Shown here: positions 7,993-16,424 of the stretch, in pieces | Numbering within the stretch: position 1 is the stretch's first letter | Layout: each line of letters starts with the position of its first letter | NCBI GenBank assembly: GCA_023544525.1 | Contig: JAMJFU010000002.1 | Location: forward strand, 1 to 56,854 | Direction: 5' to 3' | Origin: Anaerolineae bacterium | Lineage (GTDB): Bacteria; Chloroflexota; Anaerolineae; JAAYZQ01 | Length of the DNA: 56,854 nt | Position numbers and translations under genes: made by a program | The notes under the pieces: model-generated | Databases searched by the model: none | Told to the model about the DNA's origin: nothing | Seen by the model: only the letters and a program-made list of their open reading frames with translations

Positions 7993-8847
7993 ATGCGTGA
8001 GGCCCTGCGCAGCTTCCGCGTGGCTACCTGGCTGGGCTGGCAGATCGAGTCCAACTGGACCGACCCTTTCCTGTTTTTCGTCTATTCCATCGTCAAGCCG
8101 GTTGCCAGTGTGATGATCCTGGTGATCATGTACTGGGTGATCACCCGCACCGACACGACCAGCCCCTACTTTGCCTACATGTACCTGGGCAACGCCGCCT
8201 ATATCTATGTGGGTAGCATCCTGGTAGGCGTCAGTTGGGCCGTGATCGACGATCGGGAGCATTACCAGACACTGAAATACATCTATGTCTCGCCGATCAA
8301 GTTCTACTTCTACCTGCTTGGGCGGGGAATGGCCCGCTTTCTCACCGGCAGCCTGTCGGTGGCGATCACCATGGGCTTTGGCCTGTTGGTGCTCGGGCTG
8401 CCGATCGGGCTGGGAGCTATCCACTGGCCATACTTGGGCGCCTCGATGGTTTTGGGCCTGGCCAGCCTGGCGGTCCTGGGTCTGCTCCTGGGCGCAGCGA
8501 CGTTGCAGATGGCCCGCCACTACTGGAGCGTGGGCGAGTCGGTTGCGGGGGCGCTCTACTTGATGTGCGGTGCTATCTTTCCCCTGGATGTGCTGCCGGC
8601 CTGGCTGCGGCCATTGGGTTTTGCGCTGCCGTTGACTTACTGGCTCGAATCCCTGCGCCGGGCTGTGTTGGGCGCAGAGGCGAGCCGGGCCATCAGCCCC
8701 AGCCTGGCCGGGCTAAGCGACGGGCAGTTGTTGCTTATCCTGCTGGTCGCGACACTGATCAGCAGCGTGATGTCGATCTACTTCTTCCGCTGGTCCGAGC
8801 ACCGCGCGCGGGAGAAAGGGCTGATCGACATGACCACGCACTACTAG
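7993..8847 (+). CDS. ABC-2 type transporter permease (second subunit)
   Basis: ATG immediately follows the TAA of the previous gene. Six or so hydrophobic segments, paralogous layout. Confidence 0.75.
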   Translation: MREALRSFRVATWLGWQIESNWTDPFLFFVYSIVKPVASVMILVIMYWVITRTDTTSPYFAYMYLGNAAYIYVGSILVGVSWAVIDDREHYQTLKYIYVSPIKFYFYLLGRGMARFLTGSLSVAITMGFGLLVLGLPIGLGAIHWPYLGASMVLGLASLAVLGLLLGAATLQMARHYWSVGESVAGALYLMCGAIFPLDVLPAWLRPLGFALPLTYWLESLRRAVLGAEASRAISPSLAGLSDGQLLLILLVATLISSVMSIYFFRWSEHRAREKGLIDMTTHY

Positions 8848-8910
8848 GGCCGGGCGAGGGTCGAGCTTGGCCGGCCCCAGCACAGCCCAAACTTTGAGGA
8901 GAGGAAGGCG

Positions 8911-10131
8911 ATGATTGCGATTATCAACGGTAGAGTGCTGACCATCACCCAGGGAACCTTTGATCCTGGCATGGTCCTGGTGGAAGGTGGGCGCATTGTG
9001 GCCGTTGGGGAGGACCTCGTCCTGCCGGAGGATGCCGAGATCTATGACGCCAACGGCAAGGTGGTCATGCCTGGGCTGATCGACGCCCACTGCCACGTGG
9101 GCCTGTGGCCGGAGGGGCTTGGCTGGGAACATTCGGATGGCAATGAGATGACCGACCCCATCACGCCCCACCTGCGAGCGTTGGACGCTTTGCACCCCGA
9201 GGACCCGGCCTGGAAGGAGCTGGCGGAGGCTGGGGTGACGACGGTGCTCACCGGCCCGGGCAGTGGTAACCTGATCGGCGGCCAGTGGGTCTGCGTCAAG
9301 ACGGCACCCAGGTCCAACGTCCAGGATATGCTGCTGCTGGAGCCAGCAGGCATGAAGATGGCCCTGGGCGAGAATCCCAAGCGGGTCTACGGCACCCAGA
9401 AAAAGGCCCCTTCGACGCGGATGGGCAACGCGGCTGCCCTCAGGGCTGCGCTGGTCGATGCCCAGAACTACCTGGAGAAATGGCGGCGTTACGAGGAAAG
9501 CCAGGCCCGCTACCTGGCCAAGCGCGAGGCGGGTGAGGACGATGCTGAGCCTCCGCAGCAGCCAGAAAGGGATCTGAAGCTCGAGGCCCTGGGCAAGGTC
9601 CTGCGCCACGAGATGAAGGCCCGCGTCCACGCCCACCGCGCGGACGACATGCTGACCGCCATCCGCATCGCCGAAGAGTTCAACCTGGATCTGACCCTGG
9701 AGCACGCCACGGAAGGCTACAAAATCGCCGGCCTGCTGGCGGACAAGGGCATCCCGGTGACGGCCGGCCCTATCCTCTTTTCCCGGGCAAAGGCCGAGCT
9801 GAAGGAGATGACGCCCAGGAACCCGGCGCTGATGGCCCAGGCGGGTGTCAAGCTAGCGATCCAGACCGACGAGATGTCGGCGGTCAAGTACCTGACCATC
9901 AACGCCGCCCTGGCCGTGCGGGAGGGCTTACCCGAGGACGAGGCGCTCAAGGCCATCACCATCCATCCGGCGGAGATCATTGGCGTGGAGGACCGGATTG
10001 GCAGCCTGGAGGCCGGCAAGGATGCTGACGTCGTCGTCTTTAGCGGCCATCCCCTCGACTATCGCACAGTCGCCGACCTGGTCTTGATCGACGGGCAGGT
10101 CGTATACCAACGAGCCACAGAACCTGCCTAG
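8911..10131 (+). CDS. Amidohydrolase-family metal-dependent hydrolase
   Basis: 406 aa. N-terminal ...VMPGLIDAHCHVGL (HxH metal motif), later HA..H and a C-terminal GSLE.GK.ADVVV pattern, typical of the amidohydrolase superfamily. Confidence 0.85.
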   Translation: MIAIINGRVLTITQGTFDPGMVLVEGGRIVAVGEDLVLPEDAEIYDANGKVVMPGLIDAHCHVGLWPEGLGWEHSDGNEMTDPITPHLRALDALHPEDPAWKELAEAGVTTVLTGPGSGNLIGGQWVCVKTAPRSNVQDMLLLEPAGMKMALGENPKRVYGTQKKAPSTRMGNAAALRAALVDAQNYLEKWRRYEESQARYLAKREAGEDDAEPPQQPERDLKLEALGKVLRHEMKARVHAHRADDMLTAIRIAEEFNLDLTLEHATEGYKIAGLLADKGIPVTAGPILFSRAKAELKEMTPRNPALMAQAGVKLAIQTDEMSAVKYLTINAALAVREGLPEDEALKAITIHPAEIIGVEDRIGSLEAGKDADVVVFSGHPLDYRTVADLVLIDGQVVYQRATEPA

Positions 10132-10272
10132 CCGGATGGATGGCTGTAGCAGAAGACGCGTACAGGGATGCTGGATGAGGCTGACCAGGAGCGTGGGCTC
10201 CCAGCGGCAGGCAGGGCGGGTACGGAGCATGGTGGCCCAGCCCATGGCCTTGCGGAGGGAGGGCGGACCAGC

Positions 10273-11136
10273 GTGACCCGGGTCACCCCCTTTGTCAAAT
10301 GGGCCGGTGGCAAGGGCCAGCTCCTGGCGCAGTTCGAGGCCCATCTCCCCGTCCGGTTTGAGGCCTATGTGGAGCCCTTTGTCGGGGGCGGCGCCTTGTT
10401 TTTTCACCTCTACAACCAAGGCCTGCTGGATGGCAAACGGGCCGTGCTCATCGACCAACTTGAGGAGCTGATCAACTGCTATCGCGTGGTCCAGGGTCAG
10501 GTCGAGGAATTGATCGCCGAGCTGCAACGACACGAGCCATACAAGACCGACGCGGACCATTACTACACGGTGCGTGCCTGGGATCGCCGTCCTGACTATG
10601 CCCAGCGCAGCGACGTGGAACGGGCAGCCAGGTTCATCTTTTTGAACCGGACCTGCTACAATGGCCTATACCGGGTGAACCGGCGGGGGCAGTTCAACGT
10701 CCCCTTTGGACGCTACCGCAATCCAAAGGTCTGCGATGTCCAGAACCTGCAGGCAGCCAGCCGGGCCCTGCAGGACGTCACCCTCATCGTGGGCGATTTT
10801 GACCGTTGCCTGGAAGTGGCCACCGGGGCTGACCTGGTGTACCTGGACCCGCCCTACCACCCCCTGTCGAGCACGGCCAACTTTACCAGCTATACCTCTG
10901 CGGGGTTTGGCCTTGAGGACCAGCGGCGGCTGGCCCGCGTGTTTGAGGCCCTGGACAGACGGGGCTGCCAGGTCATGCTCAGCAATTCGGACACACCGTT
11001 TGTGCAGGGGCTGTATGAGGGCTATGAGCAGACCGAGTTCCAGGCCATCCGGCCCATCAGCTCGAAGGGCGACGGGCGGGGCGCGATTTCCGAACTCCTG
11101 ATAACCAATGGCTACCGCAAGGTACAAAGCGGGTGA
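10273..11136 (+). CDS. dam: DNA adenine methyltransferase (Dam, GATC-type, orphan)
   Basis: Track ORF 10168..11136. Motifs FVKWAGGKGQLL, FLNRTCYNGLYRVN..G.FNVPFG and YLDPPY. Likely GTG start at 10273 (GGAGGGAGGG upstream). ATG 10168 cannot be excluded. Confidence 0.85.
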   Translation: MTRVTPFVKWAGGKGQLLAQFEAHLPVRFEAYVEPFVGGGALFFHLYNQGLLDGKRAVLIDQLEELINCYRVVQGQVEELIAELQRHEPYKTDADHYYTVRAWDRRPDYAQRSDVERAARFIFLNRTCYNGLYRVNRRGQFNVPFGRYRNPKVCDVQNLQAASRALQDVTLIVGDFDRCLEVATGADLVYLDPPYHPLSSTANFTSYTSAGFGLEDQRRLARVFEALDRRGCQVMLSNSDTPFVQGLYEGYEQTEFQAIRPISSKGDGRGAISELLITNGYRKVQSG

Positions 11137-11137
11137 T

Positions 11138-11166
11138 TTGCGCCGCGGTAGGTTCTATGCGATAAT
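11138..11166 (+). promoter_or_regulatory. Promoter TTGCGC-N17-GATAAT
   Basis: -35 at 11138-11143 and -10 at 11161-11166, directly after the dam stop and upstream of GTG 11247. Confidence 0.35.
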
Positions 11167-11246
11167 GAGGATAGGACCCAGCCCTGGCAGGCGTTGCGTG
11201 CGGGCCGCGCCTGGACTGCGGGGGATCGTGGGATTGGAGCGATAGC

Positions 11247-12560
11247 GTGTCGGACGAGCTGGCCCCCCTGAGCGATCGAGAGATGGAGCTCCTCCGGCTG
11301 CTGGCCACGGGCGCCACCAACCGGGAAATCGCGCAGGAGCTGTACATCAGCGTCAACACCGTCAAGGTCCACTTGCGCAACATCTATGGCAAGCTGGACG
11401 TCGCTTCGCGCACCGAGGCGACGATGGTTGCCGTGCGCGAAGGCTGGATCGTCGTGCCGGGGATGGGTGAGGAAGGCAAAGGCGCAGAGGCAGGGGATCT
11501 GGCTGCCACCGCCGCACCTCTGCCGGAACGCTGGCCCCGTGTTTCGCTGGCCAAGCGGCTGAGCCTGGTGGTGGCCAGTTTGGTGGCGGTGATCGCACTC
11601 TTTCTGCCCCAACTTCTGGCCCTTGGGGCCAACGGTGACCAGAACGATCCCATCAGTGGCGTCTTTCCGACGGTGGCTCCTGGGGCCAACGAGAGCCGTT
11701 GGCGGACCGGCGCGCAGATGCCGACGCCGCGCACGGACCTGGCCGTGGTGGTTCATGGCCGCCGGATCTATGCCATTGGTGGTGTCAGCAACGACGGCGT
11801 GACAGACAGGGTAGAGATCTATGACCCTGACGTGGATGCGTGGACCAGCGGTAGCCCCAAGCCTACAGCGGTGGGATTTGTATCGGCCGTGGCGCTCGGT
11901 GACAAGATCTATGTGCCGGGCGGGCTCGACGCGGGGCGCGTGCCCCAGAACGTCCTGGAGATCTATGACCCTGCAACCGGTGCCTGGGAAGAAGGGGCGC
12001 CGCTTCCCAAGGCCCTGGGCGCCTATGGTCTGGCGACCCTGGACGGTGCAATCTATCTCTTAGGCGGGCGGGCCGGGCCGGAGGAGTATGTGGCCTCGGT
12101 GTATCGCTATGATCCGGCGGGTGATACCTGGGAGGAGCTGTCGCCGATGGCACAGGCACGCGGCTTTTTGGGTGCCGCGCCACTAGACGACAAGATCTAT
12201 GTCGTAGGCGGCTACGACGACAATACAGAGTATAACGCCTGCGAGGTGTACCATCCAGCGGCCGACAGCTGGACCACTTGTGCACCCCTGGGCATGCCAC
12301 GGGGCGGGCTGGCCCTGGTTGCCGTGCGGGAGCAGCTGTACGCCATTGGCGGCGGCATGGACCGCTCCCTGGCTTTCAATGAGCTCTATGATTCCCGTGT
12401 AAACGTCTGGCGGCCCATCGAGACACCTGTGCGTGGCCAATGGCGAGGCCTGGGCGCCGGTTTCCTGAACCCGTATCTGTATGCTATCGGCGGCTTTAAC
12501 CGCGGTTTCCTCAGCGTCAACGAGCGCTACCAAGCCCTGTACCAGGTTGTCCTGCCCTGA
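11247..12560 (+). CDS. Membrane-anchored LuxR-family HTH regulator with C-terminal six-blade Kelch beta-propeller
   Basis: N-terminus LSDREMELLRLLATGATNREIAQELYISVNTVKVHLRNIYGKLDV (LuxR/GerE HTH). One TM segment (LSLVVASLVAVIALFLPQLLAL). Six Kelch-like repeats, each with (I/L)Y(A/V/L)xGG. Confidence 0.85.
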   Translation: MSDELAPLSDREMELLRLLATGATNREIAQELYISVNTVKVHLRNIYGKLDVASRTEATMVAVREGWIVVPGMGEEGKGAEAGDLAATAAPLPERWPRVSLAKRLSLVVASLVAVIALFLPQLLALGANGDQNDPISGVFPTVAPGANESRWRTGAQMPTPRTDLAVVVHGRRIYAIGGVSNDGVTDRVEIYDPDVDAWTSGSPKPTAVGFVSAVALGDKIYVPGGLDAGRVPQNVLEIYDPATGAWEEGAPLPKALGAYGLATLDGAIYLLGGRAGPEEYVASVYRYDPAGDTWEELSPMAQARGFLGAAPLDDKIYVVGGYDDNTEYNACEVYHPAADSWTTCAPLGMPRGGLALVAVREQLYAIGGGMDRSLAFNELYDSRVNVWRPIETPVRGQWRGLGAGFLNPYLYAIGGFNRGFLSVNERYQALYQVVLP

Positions 12561-12581
12561 GCGAAAGCTCAGGACCTGCCT

Positions 12582-13616
12582 CTAGGAGCCGCCCTCGGCC
12601 AACCGTTCCCCGTACCACTTCTTGTAGTACTCTTTGTATGTGCCACTCTTGATCTTGCGCCACCACCACTGGTTGTCCACATACCAGTGCACTGTCTGGG
12701 CAATGGCCTCGTCAAAGCTGTGGCGACTCTCCCAACCCAGGTCGCGGATCTTGTCCACGTTGAGCGAGTAGCGGCGGTCGTGGCCTGGCCGGTCGGTGAC
12801 GTGACGGATGAGGCTATGGGGCTTGTCCAGGAGATCGAGGATAGCCCTGGCCATCACCATGTTCTCCGTCTCGACCCCAGTCCCGAGGTTATAGACCTCA
12901 CCAACCTGTCCCTGGTGTAATACGACGTCGATCCCCTCGCAGTGGTCCAGCACGTACTGGTAATCGCGCATCTGCCGTCCATCGCCGTAGAGAGGCAAGG
13001 GCTGATCGTCGATGGCGTTGGTGACGAACAGGGGCACAACTTTTTCGGGGTACTGGTAGGGGCCGATGTTGTTAGAGCCGCGGGTGAGGGTCACCGGGGT
13101 GCCAAAGCTGGTGTGATAGGCCAGGCATAGAAGGTCGCCGCCCGCCTTGCTGGCCGAGTAGGGGCTGCGGGCGTGCAGCGGGTCGGTCTCGAGCGAGGAA
13201 TGCCCCGGTGGGATCTGACCATAGACCTCGTCGGTGCTGACCTGGTGGTAGCGCTCCACGCCATACCCGTTGGCCGCTTCCAGCAGGACGTAGGTACCAT
13301 AAACGTCGGTCTTGATAAAGGCGTCAGGCTCCATGAGGGAGCGGTCGACGTGGGTCTCGGCGGCAAAGTTGACGATGGTGTCTATCTCGTGGGCTTGCAT
13401 AACGGCATCCACGGCTGCTGGGTCGGCAATGTCGCCCTGGACAAAGGCGTAACGGTCGCCAAATCTGTCCTGGACGTCCTTGAGATTATCCAGGTTGCCG
13501 GCATAGGTCAGCTTGTCAAAGACGACGACCTGGTAGCCGGGATACTTCTCCAGCATGTAGCGGGTAAAGTTGGAGCCGATAAAGCCCGCTCCGCCGGTGA
13601 TCAGGAGTCTGTGCAT
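12582..13616 (-). CDS. rmlB: dTDP-glucose 4,6-dehydratase
   Basis: MHRLLITGGAGFIGSNF..., YSASKAG catalytic motif, full-length colinear RmlB pattern, 344 aa. Confidence 0.95.
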   Translation of the reverse strand: MHRLLITGGAGFIGSNFTRYMLEKYPGYQVVVFDKLTYAGNLDNLKDVQDRFGDRYAFVQGDIADPAAVDAVMQAHEIDTIVNFAAETHVDRSLMEPDAFIKTDVYGTYVLLEAANGYGVERYHQVSTDEVYGQIPPGHSSLETDPLHARSPYSASKAGGDLLCLAYHTSFGTPVTLTRGSNNIGPYQYPEKVVPLFVTNAIDDQPLPLYGDGRQMRDYQYVLDHCEGIDVVLHQGQVGEVYNLGTGVETENMVMARAILDLLDKPHSLIRHVTDRPGHDRRYSLNVDKIRDLGWESRHSFDEAIAQTVHWYVDNQWWWRKIKSGTYKEYYKKWYGERLAEGGS

Positions 13617-13685
13617 GGTGAGCGTCCTCCTATGTATGCTCTCGCGCGAGGGATCTCTGGAATCTCGGCCAAGGAGACTCGGATG

Positions 13686-15077
13686 CTATCCGCTATCGAA
13701 CAAGCGCCTCACCCGGCGAGCCACCTTGTCCGGGCGCGCGTAACGGCCCCAGAGATACCCGGTCTGGCGGCGGGCTGCGTTGATCGGCTTTCGCCTTTGG
13801 CTCTCTTCCAAGGCCCACTGCAGGAATTCGGGATCCTGGCCCTTGATCTTGATGTCCCAGGGGTTGCGCCGGTATTGGTCGTGGCTGGTGATGAGGCTGA
13901 GGTCATGCTCGATGCAATAGTCATAGAGGTCACTGCCAGGATGGGGTGTGTAAAAGGCCGGGCTGTACCAGTCGGGGTCGATCTCTTTCAGCATGGAGAC
14001 GGTCTCCATGACCTCTTCCCGGGTCTCGGTGGGCAGACCCAACATATAGTTCGCCCAGATCTTGATCCCATACTTCTTGCAGATGCGGGCCGCCTGCAGG
14101 TTCTTTTCGCGGGTGGTACCCTTGCGCAGGAATTTCAGTACGCGGTCACTGCCACTCTCAAAGCCGATGAAATAGCCCTTGAGACCCACCTGGGCCATGC
14201 GCTGCACCATATCCTCGTTCTTGCCGATGATGTCCGCTCTGCTCTGGCAGAAGAAGGGCTGGCTGAAGCCGCCTCGCTCGTACCGGTCGCAGAATTCGAG
14301 CACCCACTCCCGGTCTTCGGTCAGGCAGTCGTCGTGGAACATAAAGCTGGCAAAGTGATAGCGATCGCGCAGCTCCTCCAACTCTGTGATGACGTTGGCC
14401 GGGCTGCGCTTGCGCACCTTGCGGCCAAAGATCAGGCGCTCCGCCGGCTGGCAGAAGTTGCAGTTGTACTTGCAGCCGCGCCCGGCGATGATGGTCAAGA
14501 ACGGCGCAGGCAGGTCAGGGACAAAAGGCACTTCGGGCGAGTCGAGGGTGTAGCCATACTTGCGCCACTCCTGTAGAAAGAGCTCGCGGTCGGCAAAGGG
14601 CTGTGCCTCGAGGTCTGGCATCTCGCCTTCCAGCACCCGGCTATCAGGCGGCTCCCCTGCCTGCAGCTGTGCCAGCAACCGGGGGAAGGTGACCTCTCCC
14701 TCGCGGGTGATGATATAGTCAAACTCGGGGATCTCGGCCACCTCCTCGACCATGATGGTCGGGTGGGGTCCGCCTACGATGGTAATCGTCTGGGGCAACG
14801 TCTCCTTGACGATGCGGACCGCCTGCAGCGCCGGGTTATAGTCGACGCTCATCATGGTCAGGGCGACTACCGCGGGTTGGCGCCGGAGCAGCTCCTCGCG
14901 GAACCCGTCCCAGCCGGAGAGAGCTCGCAGGTCAATCAGGTCTATGTCAAAGCCATTGGCCTTGGCTGCGCTCGATATGTGGGCCAGTCCATGGCTAACC
15001 CAGCCCGCCTCCATGCCTTGGCCCAGGCTGTTGAAGCCGTACCCGGCAATGCCGGGATAGATCAGGGAAACATTCAT
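13686..15077 (-). CDS. B12-binding-domain radical SAM protein (class B)
   Basis: Track ORF 13686..15086 (GTG). I prefer ATG 15077 (GAGGTG RBS). N-terminal cobalamin-binding-like domain, then AGRGCKYNCNFC (CxxxCxxC). Confidence 0.9.
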   Translation of the reverse strand: MNVSLIYPGIAGYGFNSLGQGMEAGWVSHGLAHISSAAKANGFDIDLIDLRALSGWDGFREELLRRQPAVVALTMMSVDYNPALQAVRIVKETLPQTITIVGGPHPTIMVEEVAEIPEFDYIITREGEVTFPRLLAQLQAGEPPDSRVLEGEMPDLEAQPFADRELFLQEWRKYGYTLDSPEVPFVPDLPAPFLTIIAGRGCKYNCNFCQPAERLIFGRKVRKRSPANVITELEELRDRYHFASFMFHDDCLTEDREWVLEFCDRYERGGFSQPFFCQSRADIIGKNEDMVQRMAQVGLKGYFIGFESGSDRVLKFLRKGTTREKNLQAARICKKYGIKIWANYMLGLPTETREEVMETVSMLKEIDPDWYSPAFYTPHPGSDLYDYCIEHDLSLITSHDQYRRNPWDIKIKGQDPEFLQWALEESQRRKPINAARRQTGYLWGRYARPDKVARRVRRLFDSG

Positions 15078-15166
15078 CCGTTGCACCTCACGTCAGGCTA
15101 GTGCTGTGTCGGACCGTCATCGATGGCAGGTACCTTGCCGTGCGTTCACCGCCCGGCTAGGCGCAA

Positions 15167-15198
15167 ATGCCAGGCAGACTTGTGGGACTGCCTGGCAT
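15167..15198 (-). terminator. Hairpin after the bS22-like ORF (candidate terminator of the upstream operon)
   Basis: 11-bp stem ATGCCAGGCAG (15167-15177) with CTGCCTGGCAT (15188-15198). On the minus strand it is followed only by a short TTTG. Confidence 0.4.
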
Positions 15199-15237
15199 CC
15201 CAAACCGAATATCGCCATGTTCCTGGCAATAGGCCGG

Positions 15238-15330
15238 CTATTTCCTTCGCTGCCAGCGGGTCTTTTTCAGCATCTTGCGGTGTTTGTGCTTGGACGCTTT
15301 TTTCTTGCGCCATTTCTGCACTGAGCCCAT
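15238..15330 (-). CDS. 30-aa basic peptide resembling ribosomal protein bS22 (AURKAIP1/COX24-like)
   Basis: Not in the track (under 60 aa). ATG 15330 to TAG 15238 encodes MGSVQKWRKKKASKHKHRKMLKKTRWQRRK, with GGAGG 7 nt upstream. It closely resembles mycobacterial bS22 as I remember it ([30 protein letters not shown]...). Confidence 0.75.
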   Translation of the reverse strand: MGSVQKWRKKKASKHKHRKMLKKTRWQRRK

Positions 15331-15353
15331 GGTGTCACCTCCTCTCCGATCCG

Positions 15354-16424
15354 TTACAAGATGCCCACATGGCTGTGATCGCCCAGCGTCATCTTGAGCG
15401 CCTTGGGCTTGATGGGCGAGCGAGTGATGATCGAGTGCCGCCCGATGAGGCTGTCCTCGATCCGGTAGGGAATGTCAATGATCTGGCTGTGCTCCAGGAC
15501 GATGCTATGTTCGATCTCGCTACCCTCTAGGAGCACGTGATGGTAGATCGATGTAAAAGGCCCGACGTACGAATTCACGATGCGGCTGTCCTGGCCGATG
15601 ATGGCCGGGCCGCGGATCCGGCTGTTGATGACCTCGGCGCCCTTCTCCACGGTCACCTTGCCGTTGATCTGCGAGTCGCGGTCGATGTAACCATCGATGT
15701 TGTGCTCGATCTCGTCCAGGACCAGGTCGTTGGCTTCCAGCATCTCGCCGGGTTCGCCGGTGTCGATCCACCAGCCCCGGTGAATGTATGGGTGCACGTT
15801 ATAGTCCTTGTCGACCAGGTACTGGATGGCGTCGGTAATCTCCAGCTCGCCGCGCCAGGAGGGCTTGATGGCGTTCACCGCCTCCCAGATGTGCTCGTTG
15901 AACATATAGATGCCCACCAGGATCAAGTTGCTCGGCGGGTTCCGTGGCTTTTCCACCAGGCGTATGATGCGCCGGGTGTCCGGGTCGAGCTCGGCTACGC
16001 CATAGCGCGATGGGTTCTCTACCGGCGTCAATACGATCTGGGAGTCGTAGCCCGAGTCCCTGAACTCGCTGATGAGGCCCGAAATGCCGCCCTCGATGAC
16101 ATTGTCGCCCAGGAACATCACAAACCGGTCGTCTCCCAGAAAATCCCGGCTGACCTTGACAGCGTGGGCGAGGCCCAGGGGAGCATCCTGCTTGATATAG
16201 GTGATCTTGACCCCCCAGCGCCGGCCGGTCCCCACAGCTTCCTGGATCTCGGCGGCGGTATCGCCCACGACGATGCCAATATCGTCGATGCCTGCGTCGC
16301 GGATGGCTTCGATCACGCGATACAGCACCGGCTTGTTGGCTACGGGCACCAACTGCTTGGCGCTGGTATAGGTTATCGGGTAGAGCCGGGTTCCCTTGCC
16401 GCCACTCAGGATCAAGCCTTTCAT
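15354..16424 (-). CDS. rmlA: Glucose-1-phosphate thymidylyltransferase-like sugar nucleotidyltransferase (long form with C-terminal left-handed beta-helix)
   Basis: MKGLILSGGKGTRLYPITYTSAKQLVPVANKP..., 356 aa. The start overlaps the aldolase stop (ATGA at 16421-16424). Confidence 0.85.
   Translation of the reverse strand: MKGLILSGGKGTRLYPITYTSAKQLVPVANKPVLYRVIEAIRDAGIDDIGIVVGDTAAEIQEAVGTGRRWGVKITYIKQDAPLGLAHAVKVSRDFLGDDRFVMFLGDNVIEGGISGLISEFRDSGYDSQIVLTPVENPSRYGVAELDPDTRRIIRLVEKPRNPPSNLILVGIYMFNEHIWEAVNAIKPSWRGELEITDAIQYLVDKDYNVHPYIHRGWWIDTGEPGEMLEANDLVLDEIEHNIDGYIDRDSQINGKVTVEKGAEVINSRIRGPAIIGQDSRIVNSYVGPFTSIYHHVLLEGSEIEHSIVLEHSQIIDIPYRIEDSLIGRHSIITRSPIKPKALKMTLGDHSHVGIL

Noticed and set aside
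7063-8520. 485-aa minus-strand ORF (and the plus-strand ORF 6969..8000) overlapping the ABC-2 permease genes
   Set aside because: It is antisense or out of frame to two well-supported membrane-protein genes. The translation is Arg/Gln/His/Pro/Gly-rich with no family motifs, no RBS and no promoter. This is a typical shadow ORF of GC-rich DNA.
8911-12560. Amidohydrolase, Dam and LuxR-Kelch genes, considered as a restriction-modification or defence island
   Set aside because: There is no endonuclease, helicase, ATPase or toxin-like ORF, no mobility genes, and no compositional break visible by eye. Dam appears to be an orphan.
13173-14576. 467-aa plus-strand ORF opposite rmlB and the B12-radical SAM gene. 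Similar long shadows occur at 15537..16721, 20053..21153, 22082..23179, 25386..26306, 43231..44367, 49653..50603 and 50616..51734.
   Set aside because: Each lies antisense to a gene with clear family motifs. They have low-complexity Ala/Gly/Arg/Val/Asp composition and no start-site signals.
15087-15237. 33-codon minus-strand ORF (MAIFGLGCQAVPQVCLAFAPSRAVNARQGTCHR) between bS22 and the B12-radical SAM gene
   Set aside because: It runs through the 11-bp terminator-like hairpin, has no RBS, and has an unremarkable composition. It is more likely a non-coding spacer.
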